DNA of 64,000 nucleotides, from contig OZ037765.1 of assembly GCA_964035545.1 (NCBI GenBank), positions 17,112,995-17,176,994 on the forward strand. Direction: 5' to 3'. A program made the translations under genes and the position numbers. This DNA is from Bugula neritina (lineage: Eukaryota > Animalia > Bryozoa). This document shows, piece after piece, positions 15,023-28,134 of this stretch; the first letter of the stretch is position 1, and every line of letters starts with the position of its first letter. The notes beneath the pieces were generated by a model. It worked only from the letters and a program-made list of their open reading frames with translations, had not been told where the DNA came from and did no database searches.

Positions 15023-17909
15023 TAATTACAAACACTGAACACCACGTTTACTAAACAGTGGGGAAGTAACTCCCATATTATACACACTTGAGCTATTCAA
15101 TAATTATAATGGTATAACGATTTAATATATTATTGTAACGAATTATTTAAGTTTAAAAGCACCTTAAAATGTAGGTGAATTTGAAATTTACATTTATAAA
15201 TAGAAGAACCTGTCTTGCACACACATCTAATGTAGCTAAGCTGGTTAATCAGCTCTCATACAAGAGAATACATCAGCTTAGTCAGAATAGTGCTCAGTAT
15301 AGTACTCATTTGAGAACTCAGCATAACTTGAGGCAGTAGGTACATAGTCGTTGTCAACAGAAATGTTTACATGAATTATAAATGGTAACAAAGGTGCTAT
15401 AGCTTGCATATGTGATTTCATAGGGGGCTGCCCATGGGGGCTGCCAATATATATAATGATTCATAGTTCACCACTAAAAAGACTCAATGCAAGGCAGAAC
15501 AAATAAGTGAATAAAAAGTAAAATTTGATAAAAAATTTGATTCAAGAACCTTATTACTAATAGTTTCATGTGTGTATGATACAATAATCAGATAAGATAC
15601 ATTTTATCACACATACACACACAAGTTTGCATTATATAAATGAATATTTATCAACTTTAAATAAAGGATAGCATGTAAATACATATACTCACACATTATA
15701 AAATTACTAGATAGTATTTGTGTCTATAGCTAGATATTGTTTATTCTGCTATTTTCAAGTAAGAGTTATCTGTCCAGCTGAAAAACCTTGAATGCTTACC
15801 TAGACTAGGCAAAGCTTACCTTAAAAAAAAGGAAAACAATACAAGCATAATTAGATTTTACCAGTAAACTAATAAACAGTTAAATCTCTCTTATCCATGC
15901 TTCTTATTGGCAGAATACACATTTAGCAAGCTGTAAAAGTTATCTTCCTTAGCATTATTCAAATGACGACCAGCTCATTAGGCTGGCTATATTGTGGAAA
16001 AAGTGCATTTGACTATAAATAGTTTTAGTTCAGTGGTCAAGACAGTACCTCCATCAGCCCCATGTACAGTTGGAATTTTTTTACAACTGTAAATACTGTG
16101 AAGGTTTTAGCAACTTTTCATAGTGAAACTGCAATGAGAATTTTTAATTTTGTATCAGAAAAGCACAAAATTAGCTCTGATTATATGCAGAAAGAATTTC
16201 ATTGACTCTTTGAGCCATTTCAGCTATTAGCCTACATTATATGTGTTTGGAGTTTAGGAATATAGTTGTATTTTTTTTGTACATTTATATGCACATTTAT
16301 TTTTCAACCTAGAACAAGCAATACTTTTTGAATAAATTTTTGGAGCCATGGTATCAGATATTACTGACATTGAGCATATTCGGATAGCAAAGATACCTAA
16401 ATAAAATGCCTATACCTACTAAATTATTGGCATTTAATTTCCCTCCAATCTGGTTTCTAATTTTTCTAGTTTTGTGTTGATATTGTTGTAGAATTTGTTA
16501 TTTTGTCATAGCTGTACATGTATCCTTCTTAGGTACCTGAAGCATTATATACAGCCAAATACCACAGGCTACTGCTCTAGATAACCATCTTAAACTGCAA
16601 TAAATAATTTGAATTCAACAAATTGCCTTAAAACAATTGAATTATTGTTCACCTAAATAGTTATCCCGTTTATATATTCATGAATAAGCAAAGCTAAGAT
16701 TTTATTGATAAAATAAATTGTGCTGAAGCCCACAAGACTTATGTTCTCCTGGAAAATCTCAACTCTCAACCAATTAGATATGCTACAGTTAATTCAGGTA
16801 AAACAGGGGTTTCTAGTGAATGCTCTTGCAAAAGTTAGACCCAATAGAATCCACATTCACCTTTAACATTGGCCACTTGCATGAACAAATTTAAGTATTA
16901 ATAATTGTAATCTAGGCCTATATGCTTCACAGTAACTTGTTATATTTGACATTTAAACCTTTGTATAATAACGATCTGGTGTGACTAAGTGTGCAATCCA
17001 ATATAAACATTGAATACAAATATTTATTAAAGAAGTTACTGCATTTTAGTAATATTGATAACAGTGAATCAAAAAAATATACAGAATACATCAAAATAAA
17101 AATGGCAATATTCTGTAAACATCTACAATCAAGTGCCAACACAGAATTCTAACTCATAATAAAATCTTTGAAATGATTGACAACATTTAAATACACGTGC
17201 TATTGAAAGAATAACAAGAAAATTTGAAATGTGAGCTCCAACTTAAACAACTACATAGTTATCTTTAACAACAAAAAGTCTGATTGCCATTTTTAAAAAA
17301 AGTACTTCATCATATTATTCTGCGCCAGAAGTAACGTTATTCAAGTTTATGTTACACATTACGTTTATGATGATTATATATGCTTTGTGCAACACATAAT
17401 GGCTGCAAATACAATGCTCACAAGGCTCACAGTAATTATGAAACAACGCGCTAATGACAATAATATGGTAACTATTGGTCGCTGTGTTTAAATTTATAAT
17501 TGTAGTACAATGTTAATGCACCCTCTACTAAGCACCATAGTGTGGGTGAAGAGTTACCCCCTCTTTAGAACAGTAATATAATATAGGACTCCATGACTAG
17601 TTGGGTGGGAAGAGGACTAATTACTGCAATAGAAAAGTCTAAGATGTTGGCAAGTGTTGGCCTAACTAGGCAAGAAGCTAACTACCAGTTACTAGCTTAC
17701 ATCCTCAATTGAACTAAATAACAATATACAAATGACAGATCTTATACAAAATAATTATGTTACATAAGTATTTACCAATAAACAAATAATTACTTGCACA
17801 CAAATATTACAGTAAATACAAAGTTGTTTAAATATATATTATGATAAGTCTATTGTATAATGATTGTAGCATGACTTGATGATAGTTGCGTAGGTCACAT
17901 ATTTTGAAA

Positions 17910-17954
17910 TTAATATGGGGCAAATCGCTGATAGGCTCCTCTGTACAGTGCAGC
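17910..17954 (-). CDS. RBFOX1: RBFOX terminal coding exon with PY-NLS
   Basis: Acceptor ttgttttgtag; encodes [14 protein letters not shown] followed by TAA. Confidence 0.95.
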   Translation of the reverse strand, partial: AALYRGAYQRFAPY

Positions 17955-20900
17955 CTACAAAACAACAAGTGTCACCAGTTACTAGCTGATCACACCATTT
18001 TTATTTACTAAAGAAAGCTTTTGCACCAAATGGACTAAATAATACTTGTTGCTAGAGATTTGTTGCAACAAAAATACCATTGCATGAGGTATTGAAATAA
18101 GAGGCTAATTAAAAATGACTAAATAATACTTTTCAACTTTCTATAAACGACTGCAAATGTAAAACAAGTATTTACTAGCTGACCCCATCTATAACTTGTC
18201 CACTAAAATAGAAAATATGAGGCCAGGTTTTCATTTAGGAACTTGAATGTTTACTCACCCCATAACCTGGCACAGGACCGATATTAGTACCCGCAGCTAA
18301 ATAGGGCTCAGCAGTAACATATCCTGCTGTGGGGGCAGTTTGACTTGTAGATCCCGTAACGGCTGCTAATCTGTAAACAGTGGTACAGTGTGATTATTAT
18401 AAAAAAAAGATGCAAAATGAAAGGTTTAAATTTAGGTCAAATTGCCAAGAGTTTATTTGAGTACGCACAAAATTAAACAGAAAATTTAAACATTGCTAAA
18501 TACAACTTGAGATGTGCATTAGTCCAATGATGCAAACCTATCAACAAACCTCTAATACTGACAAATAGAAAGCAATGTACTACCAGATGTTGAGGCAACA
18601 TGTGTCACAGTACACTAAAAGCAACACAAGAAAGGCAGGATAGAATATGCAGAACATTAAACTATTGTGAACACCTTACCCAGCTGGAGTAGTGACGTAG
18701 TTGCCAACAGCTTGAGGTGACACAGCAGTAGCTTGTGAAACAGCAGCAAGTTGAGCGGCAGCAGTATTCAAAGTGCCATAACGTGCAGCAGCTGCTGCAG
18801 CAGCATTCTGTGCTGCGTATGCGGCTGACAATCCCTTAAAAAGAATTATGCACAGGAGTCAACCCAAACTGCTAATTTTTAAACCTAATTACAAAATATA
18901 CATAGAAAGCAAAAGGAATTTATTAGATCTAGGCCATTGGTATCGTGGAATAAATTTCCAACTGGAACTGACTTTCTATGAATCACTCTCAGTTTGAACT
19001 GCAAATAATTTGAAAAGTACCAAGGTAAAAGTTAGAACTTAATCTTGAATCTGCTCAGCTCAAACTTAGTTCAATATAGGTCAATTAACCTGCAGGACAT
19101 AAATTAGGGCCGAGTATTTATAGGCTGATCTTGAAAATTATAAATTATTATAATGTTACTAACATACCAAGAGAAAAATACAACATTATTAGGAAATAAC
19201 TCTTGATAACAGTATTCTCCTCAAATGATTCAAGTTTTTCTTCTTGATGGGAGTAAGTATTACATAATTCGTAATTGTAAACACGCACATGATTTCATGT
19301 TGCTTAAACAGAAAATAATCTATTGGTGTTAATTTAAGATAAAAATAACTTTTGTTTTCTAACTAACGGTATTACATAAAAGAAGGCAACTACGAGCCAG
19401 GATCAAAACAATTAAGAGAAAAATATTAAACTGAAAATAGATTTCAGTAGAACTGGCTGCATGTGAACTGAAATTGAGTCATGAAAATTCAACAGATTTA
19501 AAAAGATAGTTTTACAATATCACTACTAGACAGTTCTTTCACCACACTAATGGCAGCTACAGAGAAAGCAGAAGCATAACTAACTAAACTAATAAACAAA
19601 GTCTGTCTAAATAAAGTTTAGTTATCTGCTGGTTAACACCACATAATCTATATAGTTGTGAATACTGTTGTGATTGCAAATTCATTATCTTATTTATATA
19701 CAACAGCTACATCAAAACAATTATATATTTACAGAGTTTTCACAAAATGCACACAACATTCAAAACTCAGAATTTTTTCTCACAGCTATGATCAATAATG
19801 TTAGAGTCTGTAAACTTACAGTTTGAAATAATTTTAAGAAGGAAATAATATTATTCAGTTGCTTTTAGAAGACAATACTTTTTGGTGTTAGCTTTACTGG
19901 CCTCTATCTTAGATGTGAAATTCATGAATTAATTAATTAGCACCTTAGCAAGGCTATAAATATGACCTAATGACAGGGGAGAAATTCTGTTATATTTACA
20001 AGGCATTGGTAAAATGTTTTATTGTCCTCCACTTGAAATTTGCTACATTAAATGGAAAACTCAACCAATTTCGCTTAAAGCCTGAGGTTTGAAAGGTTTT
20101 CGATATGCTACTTAATCAAGATTAAAGAGTCATATTCCAAATTTACTTCCTGAACAAAAATAATTAATCTATATAAAGGCAGTTTTCACATGTTTAGTAA
20201 GAAAAACAGAGCTAATTGCATTCTCTTGGTTTTAAAAGATGTGCTTAATAGTTCAATTTCAAATATTTCGACCAAAATAAAATTATATAAATCAATTTAA
20301 GTACTGCAACTGGAACTACTAGATAGGTTGAACGCACCTGCAGAGATGCATTGTAGCACATGTCTAGCTAAAAATGCTTAGATCTGTTGAAAAACGGGAC
20401 ATATTTAAAGATGTTTAAATGCAAAATTTGCAATAGAGCACATTAAAGTGGTACCCCTGATATATTGATGGTACATGAGAAATAAAGCAGTGTGCTTGCT
20501 TTCAAATTATATATCAAATAAATTCTGCAATGAAGTTTTTTTTAACATGGTTTTGGTGATTTTTGTGTTGGGCTAAAAATGTCTAATTTATGCTATTTTT
20601 TAAATTTTATGGATGGTGATCTCCATGCTGGCTGGATAGACCATACTCCAAACTATTCAGAATTTTCAGCTATACTATTGGTTAATCTTTCACTTTTCAG
20701 TAGTAATTCAAGCTATTAGGATTTTGGTAGAACATAAAAAATAATTTACCCTTTTAATGTTACATTGAAAATGTTTAACATTTACTTTTCAGCCATGCAC
20801 ATACTTTTGTTAAAAAGTAATTAGAGCAACAAATTGCTTATTAAAAGGAAATTTTTTAGACTTGAAAGCCAAGAAAAGAAATAAAAAATGACTTAAAATA

Positions 20901-23900
20901 GACAAATGATAGTTTTTGTTTTCAATTCAATATATCCATCTTATTTCTACTTCAAAGCATGTGAGATGGGCGTGAGAGTTAGTGTTATCAAACAGGTAGT
21001 TTATGTGGAGAGTCAGAATGCAGTAGGAAGTAGGAAGTAGAGAGTGTACAGGCAGAGAGTGAACAGGCCAGAGTACAGGGAGCTAAAGCAATGATTACCT
21101 GCATTCCAGAGCCACCTGCTGCTGCTGCAGCAGCAGTTAGAGCAAAAGGATCTTGGGCAGCTGCTGCATATACTCCACTAATAAAGCACCAAAATGAACA
21201 TATTAGTGTTGCTTGCATTCAAAAGGTAATCTAAGATACGAGGAAGATTCCCTGCATTCACATACAGGTTTCAGCTAGCTCATCTCTGTCATAACATCAG
21301 CCAGTTTCAAAGCAAACCATAAGGTATACAATATTTTATGGTCTTCATACCACAAGAGTAAACCAATGAAGATAAATCCAGCCCATTGCTGAAGATAATT
21401 AACCATGATCATGTTTGTAAAAAATGTTCAATAATTCAAATTGACATAATTTTTAATAATTAATTTTTAATTGAAAATTGTTGATGCAAGGTTTAGACTT
21501 TAGCAGGGCAAGATTTCATCTTCATTGTATATAAATCATATGCTTTCTACAACCAATTCACCAATGCAGGTATATATAAAAGTAAGATGTTACTACAGCA
21601 CCATGCGCGTGCCTACACAACCTCTGTTACAAGTGTAAACAATATATACATAGTATATATAGATATATAATATGCTTGAAGGTTTGAACATGCATACAAG
21701 TAGTGGTCACATTCATGGAAAACTAACCAAAACTTGTGACCGTCACTACTACATCTCCATTAATATTGCTACTTTTATTTTGGAATTGAATGACAGATGC
21801 ACAAAATGCAAAGTTGCAACATACATTCTCAGGATTAGGTCAAGCTTTGAGAGTTGTTTTTTCAAGACAAAAAGTCCCCTAAACCTGCTTTTCTACTGAT
21901 TCCTTTTTACTGAAAAAACTGTGTTAGTTGGGAGCAACTGAGCTCTCCCCCATTACCAATAACATGCTCTAAAAGGTTTGATATTTAGAGAGCTCAGGCT
22001 ATACAAACTATTGATTTTCAAATTGTATAGTAGCAGGAGGAGGAGGAGGAGGAATTGTTGCTTTTATTAAGCTGTTACTTACGGCAAGGCAGCGTATGTC
22101 AGGCCCTGAGGCAATGCTGCAGAAGCCCGTATTCCAGCTGCCGCAAGAGCAGCTGCATTTTGACTGCCATACAAAGTTCGGAGTTGTGCCGCTTGTCGGG
22201 CTGCAAGGCCTGCCCTTGTCAGTGCAACACCTCTCAGTGCAGCAGCTACAAGTAATACAGCACCACAGTGTTTAAACAACAGGGTTTGATAGCTAGCTGA
22301 GCCAGATATAAAATGACGGAAGTTACCAATTTATCTTGAATAGCTATAGCAATGAAATCATGCTGCTAGGACATTGCAGGCATCATCATAAGCCATTTTA
22401 TTGTAATAAATAGATCATCTGTATTCTATGACTGAAAATGTCAATATAATTAGCTATGAGCTGCTGGCAGCCTAATGAAGCAGGCAGCACTAATGAAGGA
22501 AATTTATCTAGCACTCCTACCATTAACCTCAGCTATCAGGTGCATTGTTTATATCTTACAGGGTTTGTTTATTTCAAAAACATTGCAGAGTTTTACCCTG
22601 TAGTTAGTGTAATAGCAATAATCATTCAGCTAGTAACTTTACTAGAACTAGGAATCAGTTTTTACAATGTCTAGTTTTCAAACCTGAAGCTTACCATTTG
22701 GGATTACTGGCACACCAGAGTTCTTTTTTGTCATGACCCGAGCTGTAGCACTATTAACCTGCAACACAATGCCAAACGTTTACTACTGCTATCTATTAGA
22801 CAATAAGACATTGTAAATAACAGGCAGAGATTAGGCGAACCCAGCAAAACCAGTTTATGGACTAGAAACAAAATAAGATGCAATTCAAAAAGTTGACCAA
22901 CTTGCAATATTGACACATGTTATTTACAGCTTTTATTTGCCTAACAAGCTTATGGTATTGCATGTGAATGGAGAATTTATACAATATTTAACACCTTAGC
23001 CACAATAGTTATATTATCTATTCTGATGACAATTTATTTACTGGTCAAGAAGTTTCCAGAGTTAGAGTAATGAGTTCGCCTAACCAGCTTAGTTACTAGT
23101 AATTGGTGAAAAAATTAATTATCAAAATGATATATATCAGTGTTTCTTTAAATATTTCTATAGCACTAACTAAATCACCATAACATCAAATATAGTCAAG
23201 TATATATATCCCATAGTTGGGTGCAGCTTGAGAAAAAAATTGGAAATTAAGTGGACTGTTAAGCACGAAATTAAATTTAAAATCCACTAGTGAATATGTG
23301 TCTCGTATGACATTTACAGCAGGCACATCAGTTTCCTATAATAAATGCAATTAAATAAGAGTTATTACATAACATTAAGCAGTCCAGTGCTGACCGAAAG
23401 TTTGATTACAAGTAATTTTGATGGCAATATGTCAATGCTTATGGTTATTGGTTCAACCATGTTTTAGGCTTACCTACAGCATTCTCCTCAGTATTTCAAG
23501 CACCCAATGGATAGTTGCAACAACTACATGATGTACAGTGCATGGCCTGCCATTTCTGAACGTAGTAAAACATTGTAACTATAGTTAAGACCAAATTGTT
23601 AATGCCTGGTGTGATTGGTGAAGGGGGTTAGGAGTAGGACACCATAAATTTTGGTCAAATAGTCAATGCACGCCGTACACCAATATTACTAAATGCCTGC
23701 TCCAGCTCTCCTTAATCATGTGTTAACGAATCTAAACAGGAGAAGAGTACCAATGTTTTATACTAAAGAACAAGAGTAGATCAGTGGCAAAAGATACCTA
23801 TTTGTGGGAAGTGCAAAACAACATGTCAGATGGCAAACAGCAAATCATGAGGAAGGTAACAAGAGAAGCCTTGCTAGCTAGAGTCGGGTAGCATGTAGTT

Positions 23901-26900
23901 TCGTGAACAGAAAATGTATAATGGTTGGACTAATTGGCTGTCTATACTCATCTAAAAAGAGTCATGCAATTTGCTAGTGTTTGGAATCCAATCCAGGAAA
24001 GTCAAATTTTAGGGAATGAGGAATAGACAAAAGTTGGTAAGAGTGCAGTTTTTTCACAGCTGTCTGAGAAGTGCTTTGATGCATTTTGGTAAAATTAAAC
24101 ACTGGAAGGATGCTAAGTTTGTGTTGCACAAAATTTATACCATGGTGATGCAACTGTGTTAGGATGTGGCTGCAGTGAAGGATGGAGACTATATGCTATC
24201 ACAATCTTCTGATACAATATTAAAAGCTTGTTAAATAATAATGCGTCACAGGTAACGTATTCTACTTTTCAGCCACAAGTACCATGTTTTCGTGGTTTGC
24301 ATTAAAATTTTATGAAAAAATATTTAAAAAAATAGACTAATTGAGCTATGAGCTAAGATTTTCAAAGTGCATTGCAGTCAAAGGGCAAAGTGAATAGGCA
24401 TATTTAAAATTAGGAGTATTACAATAGGTACCAATTCTTAATTAAAAATGAGTTTGTTAGTGTTCTAAAAAACTTTATAGAATCCTTGAAGACCAATAAA
24501 ATAAAGGACAACATTTAAAGATGATTTTCCAGTAACCAAGAGGGTGCAACAGTGACAGAGTGTGAGGGGACAGTTACAAAGAAATATTAAAGACTTTACT
24601 GTTAAGACATTACTACAACAGTTTATCAGTACATTGTTCATGGCATAGGTTAAGTAACTGATGATCAAATGCTTTTCTAATACAGAGCATCTGGCAAGCA
24701 GGCATTTGTCAATACCGAAGGCAACGTGCAAAGACTTACAGACACAATCACAGTTATAAACTTCACCAACTACCTACACACAATATACTGCTTGCTGTAG
24801 GATACCAGCAAGTGATATGTTGCAGTAGTTGGCAGCTGGGAGCCAAGTAGGAGCTAACTAGTAGCAGCAACAGCCAGTAGTTACTAGCCAGTAGTTACTA
24901 GATACTCCAACCAGGAGGCCGAGATAACATGGCTGCTACAGCTACTAGTAACCACCAGAGTCCAGCTTTAGTATGCTGACTCGGAGGTGTACTATGCATT
25001 GCTATCTACTGATTTATTGTACAAGTAGTATACAGAATATAGAGAAATAAACATGCACCTCAATTTTCCGTCCCTCAACCACCGTGCCATTCAACTTTTC
25101 ACGTGCCATGTCCGCTTCTGTACTATGTTGGAAAGTTACAAAACCAAATCCCTGCATGCATTAGGAAATGATTATATAATAAGGACATATATACAGACTG
25201 CCTAACATGCTTTGTAACATTCAAAATGCTTCAAGTACAATATTTGGGCTGAACATAGAATACAGATACATAATATATTGTATGTAGAAGGTGAAGATAT
25301 AAGAGTAGAGTTCAAGCTGCAAGCAAACAGTTTCAAATGAATGGCTGCATTATTCGAATTATAGCCATGATGAATTTTTTCTCAATTTAATTCCAATCAT
25401 CAAAATTTTGCTTGCACAGTGGTAAATGAGTTATCTAAACTGTTGCAAGTGAAGCATTGGTGGTAAGGTAAATTTGACTGAGTTTGAAGTTGGGCTACAT
25501 TTTAGGCGAGCAGCATTACTGGTAAGCAGGTCAGAGTTGAACAACTTCTTAGGCATGCAGCACATTGGACGTAATCATATGTATAAAATGCTACGGCAGC
25601 ATGCACCACATAAAATTCAACTGCATAAAAATAGAACGTAAAATACAAAATACAAAATACAAAGCAGTTTTAATGAATATGCAGTGGTTACTTAAAACAA
25701 TTATAATAACTATTATCATATGCATGAAGTAGCCTAAAGTTGGGAGTGAATCTTACTTAACTTTTCCAGTTTTAATTTAAATAGCAATTTTGCATTATTA
25801 CTGTGGTTTGAATAGGCATAACACAGCATAATTCCTTGGAAATGTTGATATTTTATGGTTAGTCCATAAACACAGCCACAATTAACAAGAATACTAATAA
25901 TATGGGCAATTTTTTAATGTTGATATGCCAAATATGGGCTCCAGCCCATAAAAAGAACACCATGCACATGAACTAGTAACTTCAAATTGGCTTACAATAA
26001 AACAATATGAATATCAATCAAAAGCAGAAGCTTTATTACTTAGGAAGACCAAAACAAAACTTTTGACTGCAGTTGTACCAGCAGGGTGTGTGCATGTAGT
26101 TAATTAATGAATTAATAACATAAAGGGCATGATTTAGAGCACACAGTGCATAATGATAAGCTGGGAAGTAAAAATGCAGCTGTATGTGGGCTAGTAGAAA
26201 TCAGCTTTAGTAGCATAATATGTGGTGGCTATTTGTTACTCTTTATTCTGCTGTCAAAGTAGAAATTTGGATGAAAAATATCGGCTATAAAAATAGCTAT
26301 AAATTACATCTTTCAAGAATTTGATAATTTGTTATGTCAACCAACCCAATGATGGGACAACTGGCTAAAATGAAGAGTAGGTAGTAAATATATTCCATGA
26401 CACAGTAATGAAGGGTAACAAATAGCTAGTGCTACAGTTACACACCACTGGGAGATTTAAATAAATAATGAAATTTTGGCTTCATATATACATACTGCTT
26501 ACTTACCTTTGAGCCTCTTTCATTGAAAATAATTTCAACATCCAGGATTGTACCGAAGTTCTACAAATAAACACAATCAATTATTAAACTCGGACATCTT
26601 CAGTTCTGCCGGAAAAAAAGTAGCTTTTTGAGCAAGTGAGACAGTATTGCACCATTATGATATTTTAGTATAGAGTCCAACTGTGCAACAGCAGTAAACA
26701 TTTAGCCAGCAGGATAAAAGGGTAGTTGTACAAGGAGTAGTGGTTACATTCCAGTAGAAAGATAAATGATGCAGGCAGGGTCAGAGTTGATTCATCTACT
26801 CCATTTATTATCAATAGAGCAAAGCCAGTATATGACAGCTTCCTAACTAAATGTTATCTTTAGAACAAAATGAGGTCAAATGCTCTCTGCAGTTGTAAGT

Positions 26901-28134
26901 ATAGCTGCTCAGATTTATTAAATTACAGCTAGGAACAGATCAAAAAAGTAACATTAGCCATTCCTAGTATACATTACTAACTAAGGCAAAAGCCACAGTC
27001 TGAGTGGAATCAAGAGTAAGTCTTTGACAAAATTACAGCATATCTTCCAATCGAAGTAATTTCAAAGATATATAATTACTAAATTCTTTTACAAGTTGCT
27101 ATTCCAGGTTAGGATAGTAAAATGTGTATAATATGAGACCAATTTGAACTTATGTTGAACCATTCCATAGCTAGGACACAACTGGCTGAATGAGAAAGAA
27201 AAGACTGACAACTTACACCTAGAAGAGCTCTCAGATCTGCCTCTCTGAATCTAAAAGGTATGTTGGATACGTGTAGTCTGGTGGGACCTGATTTGGATGA
27301 AGAGTCTGTTGTGCTGTTGTTGGTTGCACCATTCTCTGTTGTAGATGTTGAGGTTGTAATAGAAGCACCACTGGCAATAGAGCTGCTGGTACTAGTAGAA
27401 CTACTACTGTCAGCTGTCTGTAACAAGGAACGCACTGTTATCTCATTGCATCACATTTCTATTCCAAATACGATCACCAGGAAAGTGCTGTTGCATTGGA
27501 TATAGATGTATGCAATGAAATTTACTACCACCAACAAATTTGGAGCTTTAGACCCTATTGGTATAAGAAGTTGTAATTCCTTCTAATAGCTAATTTTAGT
27601 GAAGATTGATTATACCAAAAATATACTGAGCTGTCACACAACAAAAAGCACTACACCAATTCATCTAGCAGTATACATTCTTATATTTGAGTAACTGAAT
27701 ATAACAGATAATTATGGGAACTTTCACAGAATATATTTATATTTCTTTACCACTGGGGCTGTGGAGCCAGTTGCACATAGAATACTAGATACTGATTTGG
27801 ATGAGCTGTCTGAGCCAATTAAAGGGGGGTCTGTTTTAGATCCAGTGCCACCAGCTGTAGACGGTAGTGTCCCAGATCTGTTACTCAAAGCTGGTGCTGC
27901 TGATAGTTCACTGGAAGACCGGGTTGTAGGTTGGGCTCCATGTGCACCTGTGTTTATATGAGTTCCCAACAATGCTGCTGCTGCAGCTGTTTGTTGCTGT
28001 TGTGTGGCTACTGCGTGTAACTGCATGGCTGCTTGCTGTTGGGCTGCAGCCAGCTCTTCTATACTTGGCTGGTGATACTGTAGCTGCTGACCTGGTTGGT
28101 AGAGAGCTGGATTCAGCTGATTCTGCACCATGTG
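17910..28134 (-). CDS. RBFOX1: RNA-binding Fox-1 homolog (RBFOX family splicing regulator)
   Basis: Phase-compatible exons 27751-28134, 27217-27417, 26507-26560, 25059-25151, 22695-22758, 22083-22245, 21099-21177, 18680-18834, 18259-18370 and 17910-17954. The RRM reads [80 protein letters not shown]. The Ala-rich C-terminal domain ends in the family PY-NLS: [21 protein letters not shown]. The symbol denotes the fox-1 family, not a specific vertebrate paralog. Confidence 0.97.
25052..25057 (-). promoter_or_regulatory. RBFOX binding site UGCAUG overlapping the 5' splice site
   Basis: The donor reads GAG|gTGCATGt. Confidence 0.85.
25059..25151 (-). CDS. RBFOX1: RBFOX 93-nt RRM exon (GFGFVTF...GRKIE)
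   Basis: Phase 0-0, 93 nt; acceptor tgcatgcag, donor gtgcatgt. Confidence 0.97.
25155..25160 (-). promoter_or_regulatory. RBFOX binding site UGCAUG directly before the 3' splice site
   Basis: The acceptor reads cctaaTGCATGcag|GGA. Confidence 0.85.
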
